Source of the DNA: Eledone cirrhosa
Lineage: Eukaryota
Direction: 5' to 3'
Length of the DNA stretch: 64,000 bases
Assembly (NCBI GenBank): GCA_964016885.1
Contig: OZ024740.1
Location: 217,372,001 to 217,436,000 of the forward strand
The notes beneath the pieces are model-generated. The model saw only the letters and a list, made by a program, of their open reading frames with translations. It was not told the DNA's origin and ran no database searches. The translations under genes were made by a program, and so were the position numbers. Each line of letters starts with the position of its first letter. Within the stretch, counting starts at the first letter, position 1. Positions 23,703-35,400 of the stretch are shown piece by piece.

Positions 23703-26470
23703 GGTCTAATCAGACGACTTTTTGCTCGCTTCCGTAAGTCTCTTTATTTACCTGCCATAATTATTAATCGTTAAATTTTTGTTGTTGAGTAAAGGATTTA
23801 AGTCCTTGGACTTTGCCCTGTGAAGGGAAAAGTACAATATTTGGGCCTTTTGGCCCAAATATTCGAACCTTTTACATTTAAAAATTATCGAAAAAAAAAA
23901 CATGGCTGAGCCATGCGCCCAACGGTATGTCTTGCTGACGTGCGACAACGACGCAAAAGTTGAGAGGAGGGTTACGGCGAACACAGAAATTGATACAACA
24001 AACACCACCACAAACAACGTGAACACAGACAGCAATGACATCAAGATTGAGAACACTAATTTGGAAAAAAATGACCACACAAACCACAACAGTAACAGCG
24101 ACAACCAAAATACAGACAACAGAAAAAATGACAACAAATGCAACAACAATATTAACACCACTAACATGAAAACAAATAGCGACAACACCAACAGCAATGA
24201 TACAAATTGTACCGAGAACAACAACAACGGCAGAACCAAAGACACAACCAACTGCAACAGTGACAACAGCAACAACACCAACAACATCATTTGTAGCAAC
24301 AGCAACAGCACAAACAACAAGACAAGTAGCAGCAGTAGTGGCGGCAACAATGATGCCAATGAAAAAGGGACCATCTCTTTTGCAAAGGAGGCTCGCAACG
24401 TAGAAACGGTCCTGGTTACAGAGGAGGAGATGGCGGTCGCAAGACACATGGTAACCAGAACTGAACTTTCAGTGTCCTTGATACCACCAACCGACTTCCT
24501 GGGGGAACAAGAGCGACGCACAGTGTCATACCGCACGATGGCCACGAAATCGCGTCGTGAGGAGAGAGTCTCGGAGGCCCAAATCCAGAAGGCCTTTGGA
24601 AATGTGTGGTCACGGAAAACCCACATCACCTGTAGCAAGAAATATGCTACTGTGGACCTTCTTTTTGCTACCACCAGGAAGCAAAATCACACTCACTGAG
24701 GACCTTACGAAGTGATGACATAATGTTAGTCCCGTTTTACTGCGGGAAAAAAAATTGCAACGGTCAGGGTAGCCCAGGTTCCGCCTTACGTACCCGTGCC
24801 TTGGCTGGTCGTGTCTGTACTTGCAGGTACAGAAGTGGAGGAGAGAGGACTGGTCAGGTATTGGAATGGAGATGCTTATCCCAACCGATCAGGATTGCAT
24901 CAGCGCTATTCCCGACATTATAGACCTCTGGAATGGCTCCCAACTTCCCATATCTGTAGAAGGCAGGTGCCCAAAGTATTTCAACTATGGATCGAAGTCT
25001 CACCTCAAGGCCTTCTAGCCAGAGAAAATAACAAATGCGAAGTTTCCGCCGCCACACCCCTTCCAACGCCGGAACCGCTGCCATCAGAAACAGAGCAGTC
25101 AGCGAAAAAGTCAGGAGCTTCCACAGAGAGTAGGAAGACAATGTCCGTGGCACCCACACCAAAGCGACGGACAACAAAAACAGCGACGGCAGCTGCTGAA
25201 CAGAACCAGGCTCCACCATTACAAACAACAACACGCTTTTTGTGGAAGGGACGTGCTCCCATGGTCAGACGATCCATTTGCTGTCAACACCCGTTGCGTG
25301 GAGGACTAGTCTTGCCGTGGCTGATGATGCGCAAACATGCGCTGGGGCTGCGACATCTCTGGTGCTTCCTTGACGGTGAACAGGTGTGGTCGCCGTTAGC
25401 CAGACGCGCTTTTACCCAGCTCGTCTTCTTGATGGAGCTGCAGTCCTGGATCAGGAAAAGACCGAGGGATAGCGCTTGGAAGCTGGAATGTCTCCAAGCG
25501 CTCACCACCCTCTTTCAGCTGGGCACTGATGTCAGTAGGACAGCCACCTCGGCGTTCTATAGCGGGCTAGTGGAAGTGAAGAGTGACAACGTTCTCCGGG
25601 AGACCCTGAGCGCCGAAGACGATCAGCTGTTCGCTCTCTTCAAAAGAACTTTCAGCCCGGGGCCTTTGGACAACTTCCAGAAATCCTTGGCCTGGTAGTG
25701 CTACCGGGGAGCGTTGCCGGTTCGGGATAAGCTCTACAGGCACGGAGGTGCTGTCAGCCGAGCCTGTGTGAGATGCGCGCAGGGCGACGAAACCGCCCTG
25801 CACGCATTCGTTCTATGCCCGAGGATTGCTGACTTGTGGAGCTATGTCAAACAGTTGCTGTCGCGTGTGGGACATAACCGGTTATCGACTGAGTTCATTG
25901 TGCAGATAGCCCCTCCATCCTCCTTTAAAGAGGAGGAAGCACATGTAGTTTTCATCTGCTTGGTGGCCATGGCGAAAGAGATTGTGTGGTGGACAAGGTT
26001 AAAAGGGTTGAAGACGGACACTTTCCTCTGCGGCCAATCCCTGATTAACTTCTTCAAGTTTCACTTGAAGAGGAAAATCAGGGTGGAGAGGCAAGTGCTG
26101 TCTTCTAGTAAGTTTGTTGAAAGGGGGGTGAAAGTGGCGAGTGTGCTCCGAGAAAACGGACCCGCTCTGAGAATGCACCTGTAGACTGAGGAGTGGGACA
26201 ACTGAGAGAGGGCGCTTGCCCTGGTAGTCAGGGTGGCCGTGGTCTTTTGTGTGGTTTTCGCCACGAGTAATCCTCGGAGGTTTCCCCCCTTTTGGGGAAT
26301 TTTTGTTGTTTTAATTTTTAAATTTGTTTTTATACGTTTCCGTCTTGTTATTACCTTTTTACACGGCCAAAACCCACTTTGTATCGTCCTGTACCGTTCT
26401 CAGCCGTCTGTATTGTTTTTCCTCATGTTAGCGCTTGTGGCCAATAAAGAAATCATTATTATTGTTATTG
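23703..26470 (+). mobile_element. Internally deleted Tx1-like LINE (5'UTR, degenerate ORF1, fused at about 25232 to the 3' third of ORF2)
   Basis: Asn-rich ORF1 N-terminus and degenerate zinc knuckle homologous to 36700-37800; abrupt switch to RFLWKGRAPMV; AATAAAGAAATCATT tail. Confidence 0.9.
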
Positions 26471-28078
26471 TTCTTTGAGTGTCAGTCATTGATGTTATTT
26501 AACTGGAAAGTTTGTTGAAATGAATATCAAGCCGCTACCTGCAGCCTCATATATTCAGGACGTATCGGAGGGTTCTTGCTGTTCCTAGCAAGCATGCCTT
26601 TTGAAGTGTTCCAAAAGGCGAAGCTGGTCTAATCCTCTTTAACCATCCCTGGAAACTCTTTGAGATAGTACCTAGTGCGCCTATGACAATCGGGACGACC
26701 TTGACTTCATGGCAGTTCCAAATCCTTTTTCCCTCCCACTTTAAGTCCTGGTATCGGTTAATTTTCTCCCTCTTCTTTTCTTGCACTCTCGTGTCAAATG
26801 GGTAGGCTCTATCTACAAGCAGGCACGATCTTTTTTCCTTGTCAGCCCTATTGTGTTCTAATTTCTGTATCCTAAAATCCTAAAATCCCATAGCACCTTC
26901 ACCTGATTGTTTTCTCTCACCGACTCTGGCTTATGCTCATATCACTTCTCAGGATGTGGTAAATTGTTCATTTTGCATAGATGCCAGTGGATCACCCTGC
27001 CTAACACATCCTGTCTCCAGCCTTTATAGTGAGTCTGTGCTAGGTGTTTACACTCGGATACAATGTGAGCCACAGTCTCCTCTCTCCACAGATCCTACAC
27101 AGTGCGCTAGCCTCCTCCTTGTCAATATGGTGTTTCACCCACTTTGTTCTGAGGGCTTACTCTTGCGCAGCCATTAGCATTCCTTCTGTAGCTTTTTTAA
27201 GGTCTCCTCTTTTTAACCAGTTCCATGTCTGTGGATCTCTAAATTCAGTTTTCTTTAAGAAGGTACTATGAAGGGATTTTTCATGAAGGTTGCTCTTCCT
27301 CCTCGTTGTTATTTCCTCCTTGGACATCCCCTGGTCTATTGTCTTCTCCTTCAGTACAATTTTGAGCATTGGCTCCCCACTGTCAGTCACGTATTTGTGC
27401 AGGTTGTTTTTCTCCCTGTGAACACAGTCCTTTATGCTGATAAGACCTCTTCCACCTTCAGATCTCTTTAAGTAGAGTCTATCTACATCACTCCTCTTGT
27501 GGAACATGTAGATAGTTAATAGATTGCTAGTCTTCCTATCCATTTCTTTTTGATCAGCAACATTCCATTTCAGAATTCCCGCACTGTACTTAATAATAGA
27601 CACAGCTCGGTAATTCACTGCACTTATCACATTCCTACTATTTAGATGTGATTTTAATACGTTCCTTAGTCTCCTTATATACACAGATCTTATCAATTCC
27701 TTCATGTTTTTGTTCTTGATGTCATATTCCTCCAGAACACCTAAATATTTGTATCCCTCTTCAGTGTCAATTTCCTTTATCATCTCACCTGTTGGTACCT
27801 GGATTCCCTTGCTTCTGCTCAATTTACCCCTCTTCATTAAAGGGACTCCACACTTATTAATACCAAATTCCATACATATATCATGCCCAGAGGTCTTCAA
27901 GGTGGCAGATAATATCAGACAGTTGTTGAGAAAAAGTATGAAGTCCTGGGAAACAGAGTTAACATCGGGTGGAGAATCCTTGGGAGGCGTGAAGATCAAG
28001 AGAGGTATCTTCCAGGGAGATAGTTTGTCCCCTTTGCTGTTTATCCTTGCCCTGATAACCCTGACCGTTATATTACAC
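26471..28078 (-). mobile_element. R4/Dong-like non-LTR retrotransposon (restriction-like endonuclease), 5'-truncated with inverted 5' segment (about 27890-28078)
   Basis: MEFGINKC, YKYLG, RLYLKRSEGGRGL, LMAAQE, EKINRYQDL, VVPIVIGALG, LQKACLLGT on minus strand; RGIFQGDSLSPLLF on plus strand. Confidence 0.85.
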
Positions 28079-28079
28079 A

Positions 28080-29522
28080 GGGTCTGCTTCGGACCGGACC
28101 TCCAGATGGAGAAAAACTGGAGCGAGGTGACGAGCAAGGTGGCCTCCCTCAACCAGAAATGGGCTGAGAGGAAGCTGTCCCTGAAAGGCTGGGCGGAGAT
28201 GGCGAATACGTACATCACATCCGTCATTTGCTACCGCCTCACCGACGTCCCTTGCCCCGACCCAACTCTCACCAAAATGGAGCGCCTCCTCTTCCGCTTT
28301 TTGTGGAAGGGACGCGCTCCCATGGTCAGACGATCCATCTGCTGTCAACACCCGTTGCGTGGAGGCATGCCATGGCAAACATGCGCTGGGGCTGCGACAT
28401 CTCTGGTGCTTCCTTGACGGTGAAGAGGTGTGGTTGCCGTTCGCCAGGCACGTTTTCCCACAGCTCGTCTCCTTGACGGAGCTGCAGTTCTGGGTCAGGA
28501 AAAGTCCGAGGGATAGCGCTTGGAAACTGGAATGTCTCCAGGCGCTCACTGCTCTCTGCCAGCTGGGCACCAGTATCGGTGGAACATCCACCTCGGCGTT
28601 CTATAGAGGACTAGTGGAGGGGAAGAGCGACGGAGAGATCCTGGGCGTCGAAGAAGATCAGGTGTTTGCTCTCTTCCGGAGAACTTTCAGCCCAGGGCCT
28701 ATGGATAACTTCCAAAAATCTCTGGCCTGGAAGTGCCACCGGGGAGCGTTGCCGGTTCGAGATAAGCTCTACAGGCACGGAAGTGCCGTCAGCCGAGCCT
28801 GTTCGAGATGCGCGCACAGCGACGAAACCGTCGTCCACGCACTCGTTCAGTGCCCGAGCATTGCTGACTTGTGTAGCTATGTCGAACAGTTGCTGTCGCG
28901 TGTAGGACTGATCCGTTTATCGACTGAGTCCATTGTGCAGATGGTCTCGCCGTCTTCCTTCGAGGAGGAAGGGCAGGCGCTTTTCATCCGCCTGGTGGTC
29001 ATGGTGAAAGAGATTGTGTGGTGGACAAAGTTGAAAGGATTAAAGACAAACAATTTCCTCTTCGACGAATCCCTAATTAACTTTTTCAAGTTTCACTTGA
29101 AGAGGAAAATCAGGGTGGAGAGGCAAGTGCTGCCTTCTAGCAAGTTTGTTGAAAGGTGGGTGAATGTAGCGAGAATGGTCCGAGTGAACGGGACCGCTCT
29201 GAATATACGCCTGTAGTTTGAGAGATGGAAACATTGAGAGAGGGCGCTTGCCCATGTGGTCAGAGTGGCCGTGGTCTTTTGTGTGGTTTTCGCCACGCGT
29301 AACCCTCGGAGGTTTCCCTCCTATTGGGGAATTTTTCATTGTTTCAATTTTCATTTTTATTGTTTATATATATATATGTTTCTATGTCTTTTTCTTTTCT
29401 TATATAAATAATAAAATCTTTACACGAACAAAACCCATATCGTACCGTCCTGTACCGTCCTGTGGCGTCTGTAATGTTTTTCTTCATGTCAGCCCTTGTG
29501 GCCAATAAAGAAATCATTATTA

Positions 29523-29565
<43 letters not shown>
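28080..29565 (+). mobile_element. 5'-truncated Tx1-like LINE with (ATT)n tail
   Basis: Homologous to 1405-2865; frameshifted. Confidence 0.92.
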
Positions 29566-29567
<2 letters not shown>

Positions 29568-29685
29568 CTGGGGGAAGAGTCTTCAAACACTCCTTCCAGC
29601 GGGTTCTTTTAGAAGCAACCTTCTCCAGCTGGATATATAAAGTATATATATATATATATAAGTATATATTTATACATATATATAA

Positions 29686-29735
<50 letters not shown>

Positions 29736-30199
29736 GTATATATATACACATATATATAAGTATATATATATATATATAAGTATATTTGTGAAATGGGTAG
29801 TGGTTGAAATTCAATTGTGCATGGTTAAATGGTAGTAGACGTGGTCAGACGGACATGAAAATTTACACACCTATGTAAAAAGTGCCAAGGAAGCAAATAG
29901 ACGAGGTTTCAAATCTCTAACTTGAAAAATGTGGTCCCTGGGGCCCCAAAACTATCGCGTTCGGTGAGTTATTTCCCCCTTGTTCTAATACTTTTGTCTT
30001 ATTTACAATTTCATCATCCTTCTACATTTAACGATCATACAGTACCGTTTTATGAAATCGATTCTGCAGTACGGTCACTGTTTTCCATCAAAAGAAATAA
30101 AACCCTCGGCGATACTTGGTTTTAGTGTCCTAAATTATCATCATCGACATTCAATTATTAGCTCCACCCACTACACGATACGTCACGAAGGTAAATGTT

Positions 30200-30455
30200 T
30201 CGAAAAAATTTTAAACTGTATATCTCAACAATATATTGTTTAAAGAAATTTTTTTTCTGTTGTTAAAAACTGTAAATCTGTTAAAAAAAAAAATGTATTT
30301 CGCAGCAATTTTTTTCTGTTAAAAACTGTAAATAAATATTCATGTAAAAATGAAGCATAGTGTTTCGGTTAAATACATTTTTCTTTTAACAGATTTACAG
30401 TTTTAAACAAGAGAAAAAAATTTCTTTAAACAATATATTGTTGCGATATACATTT
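30200..30455. repeat. AT-rich imperfect inverted repeat (MITE-like)
   Basis: CAATATATTGTTTAAAGAAATTTT...ACTGTAAATCTGTTAAAA mirrored at 30384-30442. Confidence 0.6.
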
Positions 30456-30661
30456 TAACATTTTTTACGCAGAAGTAAATATTTCGAGAAACGTTGCAAC
30501 CGAACGAAAACAGGAAGACGATATTTTGGTTCGTGAAGACGTTCCCTGGCAATGAATAGGAAAAAAGCGAGGATAATACGTCGTTATGTGGATCGTGAAG
30601 AACAATTTCATGCAAAGACAAGACCAAGTTTATGGTATAAATGGAGTCGTTAGACTAATAT

Positions 30662-31295
30662 TCTATTTAAAATAACAGAATGATTTCCAGCCCCGGAGTT
30701 TAAGAATGATGTAAATAAAATTGAAAACGAAAATGACAGAGGTTATTAAAATAGTAAAAGTAAATAGTGAAGATTTAGGCCAGTACATACGTATGCCCCG
30801 ACGGACATACACATACATACGCACACACAAATACACAGACACACACGAACGCACGCGCGTATGTATAAATCTTATGCATTTCTACAGTATTTTCACCAAA
30901 CTTAAGACATAGGTTACTTATGTACTCCGGATGGTCATGGGCACTTTCATTTTTCCAGATATTGATTATAGGGCCTCCCGGCAGATAACCCACTTTAACC
31001 ACTTCCTTAGAGTCGACTGAAGCACTGCAGTGCAATGCAACAAGACGTCATAACTTCTGGAGTTCGCAACCGATTTTCACAAAACTTGACATATGGGCTA
31101 CGTTTGTCCTACATATGAATGTGAACTCTCAGAATTGGCACATATTGGGTAGGGGACCCCTGGGGCAGGAACCCCCTTTTGGAAAAAGCCGATGATTTTG
31201 TAAAAGTATAGATTTCAAAGCACCACTGAAGTATTGACATAAATGGTATACACAACTGCTATTTAATATCCGAGCAACGCCGGGTACCTCTGCTA

Positions 31296-31296
<1 letters not shown>
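30662..31296 (+). mobile_element. Non-autonomous Helitron-like element (5' boundary uncertain)
   Basis: 3' ATCCGAGCAACGCCGGGTA..CTAG|T hairpin terminus. Confidence 0.55.
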
Positions 31297-31369
<73 letters not shown>

Positions 31370-31370
<1 letters not shown>

Positions 31371-31913
31371 TAAACCGATATATAAGTATATATATATATT
31401 TCGTTTCTGAATATGTTTAGCAAGATTCTTTATCTGAAAACGTGTGTTGAAACCGATATTGTTATACTTTGGGAGGGTCATGTTGCCAATAAGAAACACA
31501 CGCACCAGTTGCTTTCACTTCAATTTATTATAAATTAAATTTATAAATTTAAGAATTTATAAATTTACGGTTGGTTGGTTGGTTCTACAACCAGACGATT
31601 GTTCATATATTGTCAAAGTTCTTTCGTCACACATTCTGTGACCTCTTCAGTGACTGGGGATTCTTTTCTTTGTTTTTGTGCCTCTCCTTTGTTCTGTCCT
31701 ACGCCATCTTGATGGCGTAGGACAGAACAACGGAGGTCACAGAATGTGTGACGAAAGAACTTTGACAATATATGAACAATCGTCTGGTTGTGGAACCAAC
31801 CAACCAACCGGATATTTATTAATTCCTAAATTTATAAATTTAATTTATAATAAATTGAAGTGAATTTACTGGTGCGTGTGTTTCTTATTGGCAACATGAC
31901 CGTCCCAAAGTAT

Positions 31914-31925
<12 letters not shown>
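31370..31925. mobile_element. Inverted pair of PLE pLTR fragments of the 60360-62330 family
   Basis: Left arm is the reverse complement of 62015-62320; centre GCCATCTTGATGGC near 31710; in a (TA)n tract. Confidence 0.88.
31612..31654 (-). ncRNA. Minimal hammerhead ribozyme
   Basis: GTCA-CTGAAGA-GGTCAC..GTGAC-GAAA-GAAC-TT-TGAC, same as 62071-62113. Confidence 0.75.
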
Positions 31926-31948
<23 letters not shown>

Positions 31949-32145
31949 ATGTAATCTGAGTAATAATATTCGATTCGTTTCCAATTATGCAAACAGCCTC
32001 TTTAAAGTCATGTCAGTAGAATGACCCCACTATTCTTGCTCATAGAGGACTAACACCACTCTCTGGATCTGAACATTTCAACGAATTAACAAGGTAAATA
32101 TTATTCCAACATTATGTTTTCGTGTTTTTTCTGTTCAAGTTCTAA

Positions 32146-32202
32146 CTGCCTGATGAGGTCGTAGCTGTTGAAAAATGGCTATCACTTAAATATATATAGC
32201 AG
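32146..32202 (+). ncRNA. Degenerate hammerhead (G12 mutated)
   Basis: CTGC-CTGATGA-GGT..ACT-TAAA-TATATA-TA-GCAG. Confidence 0.55.
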
Positions 32203-32354
32203 CGAATATGAATATGAATAAACGAAACTAATTTTAACCTGTTGACTTACACTTCTTGTTTTTACATTACTCCGGAGTAAACAGACCAAGCTGCGCACTC
32301 GTTAAGTGCTCCAGCTTTCATACTGAAGTGTCAGTAAACAACTAACACATACTC

Positions 32355-32410
<56 letters not shown>

Positions 32411-32416
<6 letters not shown>

Positions 32417-35400
32417 ATGGTTTCTTTATTGGCCACAAGGGCTAACATGAAGAAAACATTACATACGGCACAAAGGTACAGGACGATACAAAGTGTGTTT
32501 GGGCCGTGTAAAAAAGGTTATAACAAGAAGATAGAAATATCAAAATAATTCAAACAACAACAAAAATTCCCCAATAGGGGGGAAACTTCCGAGAGTCACT
32601 CGTGGCAAAAACCACACAAAAGACCACGTCCACCCTGGCCACCAGGGCAAGCGCCCTTTCTCAGTTTTCCACTCCTCAGTCTACAGGCGCATACTCAGAG
32701 CGGGTCCGGTCACTCGGACCAGACTCGCCACTTTCACCCACCTTTCAACAAACTTATTTGAAGACAGCACTTGTCTCTCCCCCCTGATTTTCCTCTTCAA
32801 GGGAAATTTGAAAAAGTTAATCAGGGATTCGCCGAAGAGGAAAGTGTCCGTCTTCAATCTTTCAACCTTGTCCACCACACAATCTCTTTCGCCACCAGGT
32901 AGATCAAAACTGCCTGCCCTTCCTCCTCCTTAAAGGAGGGCGGCGGGGCTATCTGCACAATGCACTCAGTCGATAACCGGATCTGTCCTACACGTGAGAG
33001 CAAATGTTCAACATAGCTCCACAAGTCAGCAATGCTCGGACACTGAACGAGTGCGTGCATAACGGTTTCATCGCTCTGTGCGCAACTCGGACAGGTTCGG
33101 CTGATGGCTCTTCCGTGTCTGTAGAGCTTATCTTGAACCGGCAACGCTCTCCGGTAGCGCTGCTAGGCCAAGGATTTCTGGAAGTTGTCTTGAAGAGAGC
33201 GAACAGCTGATTGTCTTCGACGCCCAGGGTCTCCTCGAGAACGTTGTCGCGCTTTCCTTCCACTAGCCCTTCATAGAACGCCGAGGTGGATGTTCCACTG
33301 ATACAAGTGCCCATCTGGTAGAGGGCGGTGAGCGCTTGGAGACATTACAGCTTCCAAGCGCTATCCCTCGGTCTTTTCCTGATCCAAGATTGTAGCTCCA
33401 CCAAGGAGACGAGCTGGGAAAAAGCGCGTCTGGCAAACGGCGACCACACCTGTTCACCGTCAAGGAATCACCAGAGATGTCGCAGCCTCAGCGCATGTTT
33501 GTGCATAATCAGCCACGGCATGCCAAGTCCTCCAGGCAACTGGTGTTGACAGCAAATGGGTCGTCTGACCATGGAAGCACGTCTCTTCCACAAAAAGCGG
33601 AAGAGAAGGTGCTCCATTTTGGTCAGAGTTGGGAGGGGGGCATGGTACGACGGCCAGGCGGTAGCAGAGGACGGATGTTATGTACGCATTCGCCACCTCC
33701 ACCCGACCTTTCAGAGACAGCCTACGCTCGGCTCATTTCTGGGTGAGAGAGGCCACCCTGCTCGTTACCTTGCTCCAGTTTTCTCCATCTGGAGGTCCGG
33801 ACCGAACCAGACCCAGAGCAATTTAACCGGTCCTTCCGTCCAGCGCCCCACGTTCTGTCGGACGGCATGGACTTGCCTCTCCAGGTGCCGAGTTGCTAGC
33901 CCACTGACCTTTCCTGGTTTATCTTTGCTCCTGTCACAGCTTCGTATTCCTTGAGAGCATTACCGAGCATCTGAACGTGTTTGGTGTTCGACATCACCAC
34001 GGTGACGTCGTCGGCGTAATCCGACACGGATCTCCCGCATGCCAGTTCGCGTAGGACCCCCTTCATCGTCTCCAATTTGTGCTCTAACGGCTCGAGGGCC
34101 AATACGTACAAGAGGGACGAGAGAGGACAACCATGGCTGACCGAGCTCATGATGCTGAACGGCTGCGACAGGTGGCCATTGACCCTCACAATCAAGCAGA
34201 TGTCGCTGTGCATCGCAGCGATCCAGCCCCTGAAAACGAACCCGAAGCCGGCCGCTTTGAGGACCGCAGCCATGTACCGTTGGTCGACCCTATCAAATGC
34301 TCTAGATTGATCCAAGTTGATCAGAGGCCCACCCATGCTAGATTCCTTAACCACCCTCTCTATGATGTATCACATGAGATGGAGGTTGCCGAGGATGGAT
34401 CTGTCCGGAATGGTACATATCTGCGCCTCTCCCACCAGATCACCGACGAAAAGCGCCAATCTCTTTGCTAACACTTTGGCCAAACTCTTAAACTCTGCGT
34501 TTAGAAAAGTTATGGGCCTGAAGTTGTGTATAACGCCCCCCTTGTTTGGGTCTTTTCTCAGCAACGCTACCGCTCCTCGGCTCACAAAACTGGGAATGCT
34601 CCCGTTCTGCTGCCAGTTGCAGTAGACATCTGCCAAGAGGTCGCCGAACAAGTTTTGGCATGTACGCATAAAGCTCGTAGGGCAGATCATCGAAACCTGG
34701 CGATATACCCCACGTGCACTCAGACATCGGTTCCCGTATTTCACCTGCTGTTATCGGCTTTTCGCAGCACTGCACTGCGGTCGTTGAGAGCCACGACAGT
34801 CCGTCGAGATATGCACCGAAGTACATACTCCATCCGGCCTGCTGCCGCTCCCGAACAATCGATCAAAGTGCTGTTGAAAAGCTGCACACATCTGCTCGGG
34901 TTCGAACAGCATGCGCCCATTTTGATCAGGCAAAGACCGAATTGTGGACTTGTTGCCACGTCGCGCCTCCACCATCCGAGCCCATTGAACGGCTTTCGTC
35001 CCCTCGTGTCTTAGAGCACGCGTTCTAGCTCTGACAACGCAGCTTTGCGTTGAAGAATTGGTCGAGTGCCAATCTCGCCGCAAGCACGTCGGTTGCGATG
35101 CCTGTCCTAAACGCCTCTTCTAGCTTTCTAACTCTTCCTCTACTCTATTTTCCTCTATCACTACGCCTTTGCTAAACCGTATCGATTCTACTCTAATGGC
35201 CCTTTTCAGGGAAAACCACCACCTGTTGTTGACGATCGCACCCGTCGATGCACGCTTAACTAAATCGCTAATCCGGTCTCTGTAAGCTTTGTGCGCCAGG
35301 AACGACATGTTCAGCTTCCAGTAACCGGGCCCTTGCTTATGGAGTTTATCTAAGTCAACTTCACAGATCACAAATTTGTTGTCCGTGTAGTTGACTACTT

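Larger units (their letters stand above)
18780..25232. repeat. Segmental duplication block B (paralog of about 44240-50675) carrying the gene and downstream Tx1 5' part
   Basis: Colinear identity over promoter, introns, exons and 3' flank. Confidence 0.95.
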
